From Mobula hypostoma (Eukaryota): a DNA stretch of 64,000 bases. The position numbers and the translations under genes were made by a program. Location of the stretch: contig NC_086097.1 in assembly GCF_963921235.1 (NCBI RefSeq), positions 21,144,001 to 21,208,000 on the forward strand, written 5' to 3'. Below, one piece after another: positions 11,940 through 24,879 of the stretch (positions are counted from its first letter, which is position 1; the number at the start of each line of letters is the position of its first letter). Below the pieces are notes generated by a model. It was not told the origin of the DNA. It saw only the letters and a program-made list of their open reading frames with translations, and made no database searches.

Positions 11940-13605
11940 CTGTCACTCTTCAAGACAGGAAATTATAGGACAGTTAGGCTGACCTCAGTGGTTGGGAAGA
12001 TGTTGGAGTCTATTATTAAGGATGTGGTTTTGGGGTACTTGGAGGCACATGATAAAATAGGCTGTAGTCAGCATGGTTTCCTTAAGGGAAAATCTTACCA
12101 GACAAATCTGTTGGAATTCTTTGAGGAAATAACAAGCAGGATTGACAAAGGTGAATTGGTGGATTTTCAGAAGGCCTTTAGCAAGGTGTTTAACAAGATA
12201 AGAGCTCTTGGTATTACAGGAAAGATATGAGCATGGACGAAGCACTGACTGACTGGCAGGAGGCAAAAAGTGGGAACAAAACAAACTTTTTCTGATTGAC
12301 TGCCGGTGATTAGTGGTGTTCTGCAGGGGTCGATGTTGGGACTGCTTCTTTGTATGTTAATGGAATTGATGGCTTTATGACCAAGTTTGCATATGATATG
12401 AAGATAGGTGGAGGGACAGGTAGTGTTGAGGAAGTAGGGAGACTGCAGAGGACTTGGATAAATTAGGAGAACAGGCAAAGAAGTGGCAAATGGTTTCAGT
12501 GCCGGAAAGAATATGGTCTGGATGATAACGTGGTTAACTAGATCAGCAAATTTGTGGATAGCACCAAGATTAGGGGTGTAGTGGACATTGAAGAAGACTA
12601 TCAAAGCTTGCAGTGGGATCTGTACCAGCTGGAAAAATGGGCTGAAAATGGCAGATGGAATTTAATGCAGTCAAGTATGATGTGTTACACTTTGGGAGGA
12701 CCAACCTAGGTAGGTCTTACACAGTGAGCGGTAGGGCACTGAAGAGTGTGGTAGAACGAAGGGATCTGGAAATACAGGTCCATAATTCCTTCAAAGTGGA
12801 GTCACAGGTAGATGGGGGCGTAAAGTAAGCTTTTGGCATATTGACCTTCAAAGATCAAAGTGCTGAGTACAGGAATTGGGATGTTACGTTGAAGTTTTAT
12901 CAGATGTTGGTGAGGCCTAATTTGTTTTCTGTGCAGTTTTGATCACCTACCTACAGGAAAGATATAAACAAAGTTGAAAAAGTACAGAGAAAATCTACAA
13001 GGATGTTGCCAGGACTGGAGGATCTGAGTTACAAGGAAAGATTGAATAGGTTAGAACTTTATTCCCTAGAATGCAGAAGATTGAGGGGAGATTTGACGGA
13101 GGTATACAAAATCATGAGGGATATAGATAGGGTAAATAACAGAAGGCTTTTTCCACTGAGTTTGGGTGAGACTACAATAGTGGGCATGGGTTACGGCTGA
13201 AGACAAAATGCTTCAGAAGAACATGAGGGGAAACATTCACTCAGAGGGCGGTGGGTGTGTGGAATGAGCTGACAGTGCAAGTGATGGATGTGGGTTTGAT
13301 TTCAACATTAAAGAGAAGTTTGGCTGGGTACATGGATGGCAGAGGTATGGAGGGCTATGGTCCTGGTGCAGGTTGATGGGACTAGGCAGTTTAAATTGTT
13401 CCTCATCAACTAGATGGGCTGAAGAGCCTTTTTCTGTGCTGTAGTGGTCATGCTCTTTGTTAGAATGAATGAAAGCATAGCCTATTTTCTAAATTGGGAG
13501 AAAGTTCAAAATTCCTAAGCGCAAAGGGACTTGGGGGTGCTCGTGCAGGATTCTCTAAGTTACTTTGCAGGTTGAGTTGGTGGTGAGGAAGACAAATGCA
13601 ATGTA
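11940..13605 (+). mobile_element. Composite CR1 fragments (one subfamily, ~12510-13455, inside another)
   Basis: GNYRTVRLTSVVGKMLES, SQHGFLKGKS and LPGLEDLSYKERLNRL. The FADD region occurs twice. Confidence 0.8.
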
Positions 13606-13609
13606 TGTT

Positions 13610-15465
13610 GTATGTCAACTGCATTGAGTTGTATGCTCGGGAGAGGGAGACAGATTACTCTTTTTTATTTGTATTTTTTATTTAGGCAGGTGGAGTTCAG
13701 AATTGCTTCTATGCATTTCTTGGGGCTTGCATCGATTAATATTGACTTATTTCTGGGCTTTGTAGGTTGGGCGGTTTTTTTTCTTTTTTTTATTTCTATT
13801 TTTTATTCCCATTATGGAATTCCGGAGTGTATGCAAATTGTTATCATTGTTGTTTATCACTGCCATTCAAAATTTCCTTATCCTGACATGTGTTTAATTG
13901 TTTTCTTTAGATATAAAGTTTCATGATGTTAGTTAAACAGTTAAATGTTTTAAGTTGGAACGTCCGTGGTAGGAATCATCCTATTAAGCATAAGAAAACA
14001 TTTAAAATTATTAATCGATTCCAACCTGATATAATCTTTGCACAAGAGACACATGTCAGGTTAGGTGATAACAATAAATTTTTAAATTTTGGAAGAATCC
14101 TCAGATTCACGCAAACTCTCAAAGTAAAATTGGGGGTGTTTCCATTTTTATTGATTATAATATTCCCTTTAATCAGGAGGCTATTACAAACTGTATCTGA
14201 TATTAATGGTAGATTTTTGATTGTTAAAGGAACAATTTACAATAAGAAAATGGTTTTGGTTAATATATATGGACCAAATACTGATGATCCTTCATTTTTT
14301 AAAGATATTTTTACTCTATTACCTGATTTAAATGAATATATGTTATTAATGGGTGGAGATTTTAATACTTGCTTAAATCCCTTGTTAGAAAAATCATCAT
14401 CTAGACATCAACTCCCTAATCGTTCTGCATCACTTATTAATTCCTTTTTAATTGATTATGGTTTAATTGAAGTTTGGAGACATATGCATCCTACTGATAG
14501 AGAATATTCCTTTTTTTCATACGTTCATAATAAATATTTGAGAATCGACTATTTTATAGCCGACCCTCGACTTTTACTTAATGTTCAGAAATGTGAATAT
14601 GTTGCAATTGTTATTTCTGATCATGCTCCTTTAAATTTAATATTTGATTTGAAAGATGTTGTTTCTACAAGACCACCTTGGTGTTTTCCAGAATATTTGT
14701 TACAAAGTTCAGATTTTGTTGAGTTTATTGAAACTCAGATAAAAGAGCTTTTTCTCTTTAATAATACAGGAAACGTCTCAAAGTTAGTAATTTGGGATAC
14801 GTTAAAAGCTTATTTACGTGGTTAGATTATTTCTTATTTAGCTAAATTGAAGAAACAGACAAGAATAGAATTAGATAAAACTGCTAAACAAATTAAAGAA
14901 TTAGATAATATCAACGCAATCGTTCCAAACATTGATTTGTTTAAAAGAAGAGTGGAATTACAATCACAACATAATTTATTATTAACTTATCCTATTGAAG
15001 AACATTTGCTTAAATTAAAAAGTCAGTTTTATATTTTTGGGGATAAAAATAATAGGCTATTAGCTTCCCAATTAAGGGCTGCTAAAGCTAAAAGACAAAT
15101 TTTAAAAATTCGTAAAGATAATGCAGATATAGTAAGTAATTATGAAGATACTAATAATATTTTTCAAGCTTTTTATTCCGATCTTTATAAATCTCAGTTT
15201 CCAGCAGATCCCTCTAAAATGAAAGCTTTTTTTTTATATAAGATTAAATTTCCTCAAATTACTGCTGAAGATCAACAGACCCTTGATGCTCCAATTGTTG
15301 AGCATGAAATTCAGAAAGCTATATGGTCAATGCAATCAGGTAAAGCTCCTGGACTTGATGGTTGTTCGGTAGGACTTTACAAAAAAATTGAAAAATTACT
15401 TTCTCCATACCTTTTGGAAATATTTCATGAATCTTTTGAGAAAGGTAATTTACCCTCTTCTTTTA
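13610..15465 (+). mobile_element. L1-clade LINE fragment: inter-ORF region, APE endonuclease and start of RT
   Basis: LNVLSWNVRG, IIFAQETH, LVNIYGPN, MGGDFN, RIDYF, ISDHAP, WDTLKAYLRG and MQSGKAPGLDG. Very AT-rich. Confidence 0.85.
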
Positions 15466-15752
15466 GAAAGTACAGCCTCAGAATAGAGGGAAGTCTATTT
15501 AGAATGGAGATGAGGAGTCATTTCTGTAGCAAGTGTGTTGTGAATCTGTGGAACTCTGTGCCAGAGGTGGCTATGGAGGCCAGGTCATTGGGTGTATATA
15601 AGGCAGAGGTTGATTAGTCAGGGTGTGCAAGGTTACGGGGAAAAGGCAGGAGAATGGGACCGACAGGGAAAAGGATCCGCTTTGATGAAACATCGGAGCA
15701 GATTCAATGGGCTGAATGACCTAATTCTGCTCCTTATGTGTTATAGTCTTAC
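15466..15752 (+). mobile_element. CR1 3' end joined to the L1 fragment
   Basis: YSLRIEGSLFRMEMRSHF and tail cctaattctgctccttatgtgttatagt. Confidence 0.85.
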
Positions 15753-15859
15753 AGCTCTATGCTTGTGGAGGCAGGTCAATGAAATTCAGATAAAGATCAG
15801 CTCATTGAAAGGAGGAATAGTCCTGAAGGGCAGAATGGCCCACTCCTTTTGATGGAATC

Positions 15860-16890
15860 ACAAACAAGAGAAAATCTACAGATGCTGGAGATCAAAGTAA
15901 TACACATTAAATGCTGGAGGAACTCAGCAGGTCAGGCAGCATCTATGGAAAAGAGTACAGTTGACATTTTGGGCCGAGACATTTCATCAGAACTGGGGAA
16001 AAAGAGATGAGAAGTTAGAGTAAGCAGGCGAGGGAGGGGTGGAAGAAATACAAGGTAGTAGGTGGTAGGTGAAACTGGGAGAAGGGGAGTGGTGAAGTAA
16101 AGAGCTGGGAAGTTGATTGGTGAAAGAGGTACAGGGCTGAAGAAGGAGAAATCTGATAGGAGATGACAGAAGGCCATGGAAGAAAGAAAAGGGGAAGGAG
16201 CAGCAGTGGGAGGTGATGGGCAAGTGGGGAGATGAGAGAGGAAAATGGGGATGGGGAATGGTGAAGGGGGCGGGGCAATTATAGAAAGTTAAGGGAATTG
16301 ATGTACATGTCATCGGGTTGGAGGCTACCCAGACAGAATATAAGGTGTTGTTCCTCCAACCTGAGTATAGTCTCAGTGCAGCAGTAGAGGAGGTCATGGA
16401 TTGACATGTCAGATTGGGAAAGGGAAGGTGAATTGAAATGGGTGGCCACCAGGAGATCGCACATTTCCTGGCAGACGTAGCGTAGGTGCTCGGTGAAGCA
16501 GTCTCCAAATCTACGTAGGGTTTCACTGTTATGCAGGAGGCCACATCGGGAGCACTGGATACAATAGATGACTCCAACAGACTCACAGGTGAAGTGTCGT
16601 GTCACCTGGAAAGACTGTTTGGGTCTCTGGATTGTAGTGAGGGAGGAGGTATGGGGGTATGGGGGCAGGTGGAGACACTTATTCTGCTTGCAAGGATAAG
16701 TACCAGGAAGGAGATCAGTGGGGAGGGATAAATGGAGAAGAGAGTCACATAGGGAGCAATCTCTGCTGAAAGTGGGGTTGGGGAGGGGAGAGAAAAATGG
16801 GCTTGGTAGTTGGAACCTGTGGAAGTTACGGAGAATTATGTGCTGAATGTGGAGGTTGCTGGGATGGTAGGTGAGAAGAAGAGGTCTTGT
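15860..16890 (-). mobile_element. Penelope-like element, 3' part (GIY-YIG endonuclease and 3' UTR)
   Basis: FTCESVGVIYCIQCSRCGLLHNSET..EH..VATHFN..RLEEQHLIFCLGSLQPDDM. A degenerate hammerhead core lies at ~15959-15994. Confidence 0.88.
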
Positions 16891-17881
16891 CCTCAGGTTG
16901 AGATTCTAAATTAGAGAAGGGCCAATTTTGGTGGTATCAAAAAAGATCTGGCAAGTGTGGATCTGGACATTATTCTGACAGGAGCATACAAACTCTGTAC
17001 TCTCAAAAATTCACTTTTCAAGGTCTCCCACTAACAAATACCCCTCTACCAGAAAGGCGAGGGTAACAGGTTTATGGAACCTTGGTTTTCAAGAGAGAGT
17101 GAGGTCCTGGTTAAGAAAAAGAAGCAGGCGCATAGCAGACATAGGCAGGAAGGAGCAAATAAAGTACTTCAGGAGTATAAGAAATGCAAGAGAACACTTA
17201 GGAAGGAAATCAGGAGGGCTAAACGAAAGCATGAGGTTGCTCTTGCAGCCAAGGTGAGGGAGAATCCCAAGGGTTTCTACTGTTATATTAAGAGCAAAAG
17301 GACAGTAAGGGGCAATTAGAGTGGTCACCTATGGATGGAGCTGAAAGAGATGGGAGCGATCTTAAATGGATTTTTTGCATCTGTACTTACTTGTCAAAGG
17401 AAGGGAGACAAAGCAGTAGTGAGGTTAACGGGTTGTCAACAGATTACAGAGGGGAGTGTTTGCTGTCTTGAAGAAAATTAGTGTGGGTAAGTCTCCAGGG
17501 CCTGATAAAGTGTTCCCTTGAACCCTGTGGGAGGCTAATGCAAAAACTGCAGGGACTCCAGCAGAAATATTTAAAACATCCTTAGGCACAGGTGAGGTGC
17601 CGGAGGATTGGAGGATAGCTAATGTTCCATTGTTTCAGAGTTCAAAGTACATTTATCATCCAAGTATGTATAATATATTGTGGCGAGTATTTGGTCCATA
17701 ATGACAGACGAGGAAGCTCGTTAACTCAACAACTGCTCATTGTGATAGACACAAACAGACCGGGCACCATGATCTGAAGAGTGAATCCAACCAGCCTCAC
17801 ACCGACGGGGGAGGTGACCATCACACACCCCGGTTACAGTTAGGGTGACCCACAAATACACAAGCAACCGACTGTGTATGT

Positions 17882-19347
17882 CTAGGTACCATATCTGATG
17901 CGGACGTTGGTGACCATGGTTTTCCATACAGATCTATCCCTCGTTCTTTGGATGACTTCCATTTCCTCGATGTGTAGCCACCTGGCTAGGCTTTCAATGT
18001 ACATAAGTCGAGGTCTTCCTCTAGGTTTGCTCCCCTTGATCTTTCCAGAGAGTATGAGTTTTTCTAGTTCATCTTTCCGCATGATGTTGTCATGGTCTGG
18101 TCCGTGAAATCCACATTCTGGTTCACAGTCTGGTCCATGGATCTGTATTCCAGGTTTTCTGGTTTTCTCTTGTCCTGTTGTGTGCCTTAATTGAGGCACA
18201 TGATTCTGATTTTGGGTTGGCTACAAAAACAGCTCCCGGGTTCAGCTTCAGTTGCTCCACCTTCTACCTGAAGCCTTGCCTGCAACCTCTGCCTGAAGCC
18301 TTGGCCTGAAGACTTGCCTGCAACCTAGCCTGTATCACTGTCAAGTTCTACTGCTGGAGCAAGACCGGAGCCATGTTGTGCCTAGATAAAGAACTGTATT
18401 TCGTTGTTTGGAACTGTCTCTGTGTCCACGCCTTCGCTAGGTAGGTCCGGCCGTGTGCCGCTACCTAGTGTGAGGAACTGTCTCGCCGTGTTCAGCATTC
18501 TGTGTATGAGTCCCGGCCCTATGTCTTGTTCCCGAGGAGGGGTCCTGGCTCTGTGTTCCATGATCCTGTTCTCCCTCAACCAAGGCTCTGCCTTCCTGTT
18601 CTCCCTCGACCAAGTCAAGGCTTCGTGTTCTCGTCCTGACCACGTGCCTCACCCAGCCCAGGAGTACCTCACCCAGCCCGGTGCTGGGGTTCTCTCGTCC
18701 TGTCAAGGAGTACCTCGTCTAGTCCAAGCCTTGCCCAAGTACCTCATCTAGTCCAAGCCTTGCCCAAGTACCTCGTCTAGTCCAAGCCCAGGCTTTATGT
18801 TCTCGTCCTGTGCAGGAGTTCCACATCCAGTCCTGTAGCCTAGCCACATCCAGTCCTCAAGGACACGTCATGTCTTCGCCTAGTTCCGGAGTCTGACTCC
18901 CGAGTCAAGACCCAGCTTCTGGGTCCTTGTCCAGTCTCTGGCTCGGAGTCAGAACCCAAGCCTCGTCATGTCCTAGCCACAAAGAACCTAAGTCTCGAGG
19001 AACCCAAGCCATGTCCAGTCCTGTAGCCACGTCATGTACTTGCCTTGTCCTGGTCCCGCTTGCCTAGCCAATGTCCTAGGCCAAGTCTGTGTTCTTGTCC
19101 CAGCTCCTAGTCTGCATCCAGTCACGTCACTAACTCTAGTCCCTAGTCCTGTCCTGTTCCTAGTACTTCAGTGTCTGTGTCTTGCATTTGGGTCCACCGC
19201 CAACGCCCCCTTATGACAGATGTGTCCTCGGAACCTGCGTTGCCTTTCTTATTGTTGGTATGAGTGATCTAATTGCTTGGGCTCTTCTGAGAACTTTTTT
19301 TGATGTGTGTGCGGTATATGATATTTTTAACATTCTCCTGTAGAACC
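17882..19347 (-). mobile_element. RTE-clade LINE 3' fragment inserted in the Gypsy 3' LTR and itself split by a solo LTR
   Basis: WFYRRMLKISY...(GHI)MRKDELEKLILSGKIKGSKPRGRPR...RDRSVWKTMV. Confidence 0.85.
18088..19218 (+). mobile_element. Solo LTR (Gypsy-type), 1131 bp, 5-bp TSD
   Basis: Termini TGTCAT...ATGACA. TSD gatgt at 18083-18087 and 19219-19223. Internal 29-bp tandem repeat at 18709-18788. Orientation is tentative. Confidence 0.85.
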
Positions 19348-20662
19348 ATAATGACTGTATAACCCAAGCTAAAATATAACAATAAACAAACTGGAACTTC
19401 CCACCATAATCCCACAAAAGCACTTTAACACAAGAACAATAAACAGTACTGGTCATTAGAAATGCAGGGGCAGGCTGTCGACCATACCTCCACCCAGAAC
19501 ATCACACTGCCCCCATCCAAGGGGTCAGCAGTCCCCGGCAACCCCAGAGTCCATAGCAAGGTCCAAAAGTTCCGGTGGGCGTTGACGCTGCCGCTTGTTT
19601 GTGTGATGCAAGAGGCAGGGCACTCGGAGTGTCACTTCCTTCCCTCAGCCTCGCTGGGGTAGTGGTGGCCAAGGGTTGGCATGGTGCCAGCACGACTGCC
19701 TTCCACCGCTCAGGCAACCACACCCGATATACCACATCAGAGATGCGGTCGAGCACCTCTCCCGGCCCCTTCCAGTGGCTTACAAGCCTGGGGGGTAGTC
19801 CCTTCTTTAGGGAGGGGCTGTAGACCCATACTGGGGCTCCCATCATGTACTGCTGCATTGGCACCCCAGACTGTCGACCCAGTCACTTCTGGGACTTGGA
19901 AACGTCACAGCGGTGCACGAACAGCTCCACGTCCCGCCTGTACCCAGGCCAGTAGAAGCGTTCACGCAGCCTGCCCAATGTCTTTGCCCCCACCAGCCCG
20001 TGCACTGACCGCAGCACCATGGCGCGGAGCACCCGGGGGACTACCAGCTGCAAGAGTCTATCACCATCGGACAACTGCCACCGCCTGAACACCAACCCGT
20101 CGTGGACCTCCAGTGTTCCCCATTGCGAGTACAGGGCTTTGGTCTCTGGATCCAGCTCTGCCCACTCCGGCCGTCGCCCCACACTCAGCCATTCCCTCAC
20201 CCGGGCCAGCACAGAATCGCTCACCTGTTCGCTGTGCAGCTGCTGGTCTGTGGTGGGGAGGTGGTCCCTGGCTATCACCTGAAGGGCCGTCACTATCGCT
20301 TGTCCCTGGTTCAGCTGTGTGGCGTTGGGCCGCTGCCGGGTGGCTACGGAGGCGAGTGATGCGCTCCGCTCTGACCCCTGGGTTAGGGAGCCTGGGTATG
20401 CTGGCTCCGTCGGGGCTCCCTGTGAAGGCACAATGCTCGGTTCCCAGGTTCTCCCTCTGGGTCCCGTCTTCACGAGCCCTGCCTGTGGGTGCGGGAGAGG
20501 CATACTTTCGGTCCCTCATCTTATTCCCTGGGTCTTAAGGCACTCTATCTGACATCGTAGCTCTTCAATCTCATCGTCGATCTCGCATCCCCCTCTTGAC
20601 ACCAATGTGGTGAGCATTTGGTCCATAATGACAGAGGAGGAAGCTCTTTAACTCAACAACCG

Positions 20663-22906
20663 TTTTATTTATTTTTTTATTTCAAAATATACTTTATTCA
20701 AAAATAAATATATATAATAACCCATTCAATAACTTTTCATCCTTTACATACGTTTCCATTATAGTCAGTACATATCCGTATTTATAGCCACCCACGTGGC
20801 ACTCCCGTAGTTCAGCTTACCATATCATTGTTGAGGGGTATACTCCCCGACCCCGACCCCTCCCACTCCCACGGGTGGGGAAACCTATACTGTGGTCCTT
20901 CCCCACCGGGCCCTTGCGGTGGCTGCACCGAGTTTCAGTGCGTCCCTCAGCACGTACTCCTGCAACCGAGTATGTGCCAGTCGGCAGCATTCTCCCACCG
21001 ACATCTCCGTGTGCTGGTAGATCATCAAGTTTCGGGCCGACCAAAGAGCGTCTTTCACCGAGTTGATGATCTGCCAGCAGCACCGGATGTTGGTCTCCGT
21101 GTGCGTCCCCGGGAACAGCCCGTAGATCAGAGAGTCCTCTGATACGCAGCTGCTGGGGATAAACCGTGACACTAGCCCGTCCATCCTCCTCCACACCCTC
21201 TTTGCGAACTGGCAGTGTGCAAAGAGGTGGGTCACAGACTCCTCCTCACTGCAGTCCTCCCGTGGGCAGTGGGGTGCGGAGACGACGTTCCGGGCGTACA
21301 GGAGGGCCCCTCTCACCGCCAGCCAGGCGAGGTCTTGGTGCCTGTTGGTGAGATCCGGCGATGCATTTTGCCAGATGAACTGGATAGTCTGCTCAGGGAA
21401 CCACCCCACTGTGTCCATCACGTCCTTCTCCTGTAGTGCCTGCAGGACACTACGTGCCGACCACTGCCTGATGGCCCTGTGGTCAAAGGCGTTCTCCTGG
21501 AAGAACTTTGCTACGTAGGACAGGTATGCCGGCAACGACCAGCTGACTGGCGTGTTGTGCGGGAACGGGGCCAGACCCATCCTTCGTAGCCAGGGCGACA
21601 GGTAGAACCTGGGCACATAGTAGTACTTGGTGCCCACATACCTGGGTTCTACACACGACCTGATGCAGCCACACACGAAGCTGGCCATCAGGGTGAGGGC
21701 GACATTGGGGACGTTCTTGCCCCCGTTGTCCAGGGACTTGTGCATGACGGTCCGTCTCACCCGCTCCATCTTGGATCCCCAGACGAATCTGAAGACAGCC
21801 CGGGTGATTTCCGAGCTGTAGGAGCGGGGGACGGGCCAGACCTGCGCCAAGTACAGCAGCCCTGAGAGCACCTCACACCTGATGACCAGGTTCTTGCCCG
21901 TTATCGACAGGGAGCGCCCTCCCCACAGTCCCAGTTTCTGTTTCACCTTGGCAGTCCGCTCCTGCCAGTTCTTGTTGCACGCCTCAGCCCCTCCGAACCA
22001 GATCCCCAACACCTTCACGTGGTCAGACCTGATGGTGAAGGGGACGGTGGATCGGTCGCGCCAGTTGCCGAAGACCATGGCTTCGCTCTTCGTGCGGTTG
22101 ACCCTGGCCCCCGACGCTAGCTCGAACTGTTCGCAGGTGCCAATCAACCTGCGAACTGACCTCGGATCAGAGCAGAAGACGGTGACGTCGTCAATGTACA
22201 GGGAGGTTTTCACTTGGGTTCCTCCACTGCCTGGCAGCGTCACCCTTCTTATGCCCTCATCCCTCCTGATGGCTTCCGCAAAGGGTTCTATGCAGCAGAC
22301 AAACAAGACAGGGGAGAGGGGACAGCCCTGCCTGACTCCAGACCTGATGGGGAAGCTGTCTGTTTCCCACTCGTTGACCTGGACTGCACCACGGATGTCT
22401 GTGTAGAGCAGTCTAATCCAATTCCGGATTCCCTCCCCAAATCCCATTTTGGAGAGCACGTCCGCCATGTACGTGTGCGATATCCTGTCGAAGGCTTTCT
22501 CCTGGTCCGAGCTGACCAGGCAGACGTTCACCCCCCTGTCCTGCACGTAGGCGATGGTGTCCCTCAGTAGCGCGAGGCTGTCTGAGATCTTCCTGCCCGG
22601 TACAGCACAGGTTTGGTCTGGATGGATCACCTGTCCTAGAGCAGACTTGACACTGTTGGCGATAGCCTTGGACAGGATCTTGTAATCCACATTCAGGAGG
22701 GAGATGGGTCTCCTATTTCTAATGTCCTCCCTTTCCCCCTTCTGCTTGTAGATGAGGGTGATGATGCCCTTCCTCATGGACTCAGACATAATGCCGGCCA
22801 GAAGCATAGCGGTGTACACTTCCAGCACGTCTGGGCCCATCCAGTTCCACAGAGTCGAGTACAACTCAGCCGGTAAGCCGTCGCTTCCGGGAGTCTTACC
22901 CGACCC
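20663..22906 (-). mobile_element. Tx1-clade (L1 group) LINE, 5'-truncated, with an open RT-zinc finger frame
   Basis: GKTPGSDGLPAELY, RPISLLNVDYKIL, DQEKAFD, SGVRQGCPLSP, YIDD and CPREDC..ESVTHLFAHC. Stop at 20885; AATAAA and an A-rich tail at ~20663-20698. Confidence 0.92.
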
Positions 22907-24879
22907 AAAGGATAGACACAAATAGACCTGACACCATGATCCGAAGAGTGAACCCAACCAGTCTCACACCAACAGGGGAGGTGACCATCACACATCCCGG
23001 TTACAGTTAGGGTGACCCACAAATACACAAGCCATTAACTGTATAACCCAAGCTAAAATATAATAATATTGGAACTGGAACCTCTCACCATAATCCCACA
23101 AAAGCATTTTAACACTAGAACAATAAACAGTACTGGTCATTAGAAATGCAGGGGCAGGCTGTTGACCACGCCCCCAGCCAGTATACAACTTTAAGATTCG
23201 TTTTGCAGGCAGCCACAAGAGAGGAACCCAGCACAACCCATAAGAAATACTCACATAGCAAAGACTGCCAAACATCCAATGTATGAAAAAAAGAATAAGA
23301 CATGCAAACAATAAAAAAGTAAACAAATAACACACAGAAAATGAACTGCGGATTTCCCGAAAGTAAGTTCACAGCCACGGAGCCAGTTCAGCGCTGAGGC
23401 GAGTGAAGCTGGTCCACCAGCCTGATGGCTGCGGGCAGCATCTGCAGAGTCAGTTCAGTGCTGAAGCGCTTTGATCAAATTGTGCATTGTAACTAATGTA
23501 ACAAGAACACATGCAACAGGAACGGCAGAGTCCCTGAACGCGAGTCCACAGCTGCGGAGACGTTCAGCACTGAGGCGATTGAAGCCCAACCAGGAGCCCT
23601 GTAGCTGCAGGACAACTGCTCCCAAACCCGACGGCGTAGGACTCCAGAGCCCGCCACCTCCCGCCCGATAGTAGGAGCGAGAAGGGAGGGAGCCCAGTCA
23701 GATGCAGGCAGACGGCGCTGAGCACCTGTTCATTTGCCACTCTCGTCCTCGATAATTTTAATCTTGCTCTATAATTTAATCAGCGCAGAGTAATGGCGTG
23801 GACCACAAGTTCGTGTTTGGCCTTCTGGCATCGCCCGCAATGACGGTCGTCCTGGCCTTACCTGCTCTCACGAGAGTCTACATCATTGAAACACCCAGGA
23901 GATCGCAAAACCATCGGATTGTTTAGTCAGCTCAAAAGTACATTCTTAAAAGAGAAATTATAGGCTCTAAGAATAAACGAGGAAGTTACAGGCCGATGAG
24001 CCTGACATCAGTAGTGGGTAGGTTATTAGAAGGTATTCTAATCGACTGGCTCTATAAGTATTTGGATAGGCAGGGACTGATTAGGGATAGTCAGCATGGC
24101 TTTGTGCATTGTAGCTTGTGTCTAGCCTATCTTATACAGTTTTTCGTGGAAGTTTCCAGGGAAGTTAATGAAATCAAAGCAGTGGGTGTTGTCTACGTGG
24201 ACTTTAGCAGTGCCGTTGACAAGGGGTCCAGCATGGGATGTTAGCCAAGAAGGTTCAGTTGCTTGGTGAATGAGGCAGTAAAATACATTAGACATTGGCT
24301 TCATGGGAGAGCCAGAGAGTGGTAGTAGATGGTTGCTTCTCTGACTGGAGGGCTGTGACTAGTGATGTGGTGCAGGGATCGCTGCAAGGTCTGTTGCTGT
24401 TTGTCATCTATATTAATGATCTGGATGATAATGTGATACACTGGATCAGCAAATTTGTGGATGACACCAAGACTGGGGATGCAGTGGACTGCGAGGAAGG
24501 CTATCAAAGCTTGTAGTGAGATCTGGACAAGCTGGAAAAATGGCAGAAGGAATTTAATGCAGACAAGTGTGAGGTGTTGCACATTTGGAGGATAAACCAG
24601 GGTAGGACTTCCATGGTGAGCGGTAGGGCACTGAGGAGTGGCATAGAATAGAAGGATAAGGGAATACAGGTCCATAATTCCTTGAAAGTGGCATCTCAAG
24701 TAGATAGGGTTGTAAAGAAAGCTTTTGAGACATTGGCCTTCATAAATCAAAGTATTAATTACAGAAGTTGTGATGTTATGTTGAAGTTGTGTAAGATGTT
24801 TAGGACCTTATTCCCAAGGGCGTAGAAGAATGAGGAGAGATTTGATAGAGGTATACAAAAGTATGAGGGGTATAGATCA

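Larger units (their letters stand above)
17679..23180 (-). mobile_element. Internally deleted Ty3/Gypsy LTR retrotransposon (3' LTR 17679-19506, internal 19507-20605, 5' LTR 20606-~23180)
   Basis: Two ~340-bp direct repeats starting tgtggYgagYatttggtccataatgacaga on the plus strand. tRNA-Leu-like PBS TGGTGTCAAGAGGGGGAT at ~20587-20604. PPT GGATGGGGGCAG next to TGTGAT at 19506. Integrase-associated peptides RLRERFYWPGYRRDVELFVHRC and WKGPGEVLDRISDVVYRV. Confidence 0.88.
17045..24878 (+). mobile_element. CR1 LINE host (17045-17636 and ~23965-24878) split by a nested insertion stack
   Basis: EPWFSRE...AKVRENPKGFY and EDWRIANV before the gap; SYRPMSLTSVVGRLLEG, DSQHGF and KFVDDTK after it. The two halves are collinear. 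Confidence 0.8.

Noticed and set aside
18709..18788. 29-bp direct repeats as a CRISPR-like array
   Set aside because: They are contiguous tandem repeats without spacers, inside an LTR in eukaryotic DNA.
22907..22957. N-terminus of the 690-aa ORF (MGSLFGSWCQVYL...)
   Set aside because: This is read-through into Gypsy LTR sequence upstream of the Tx1 truncation point, not a real start.
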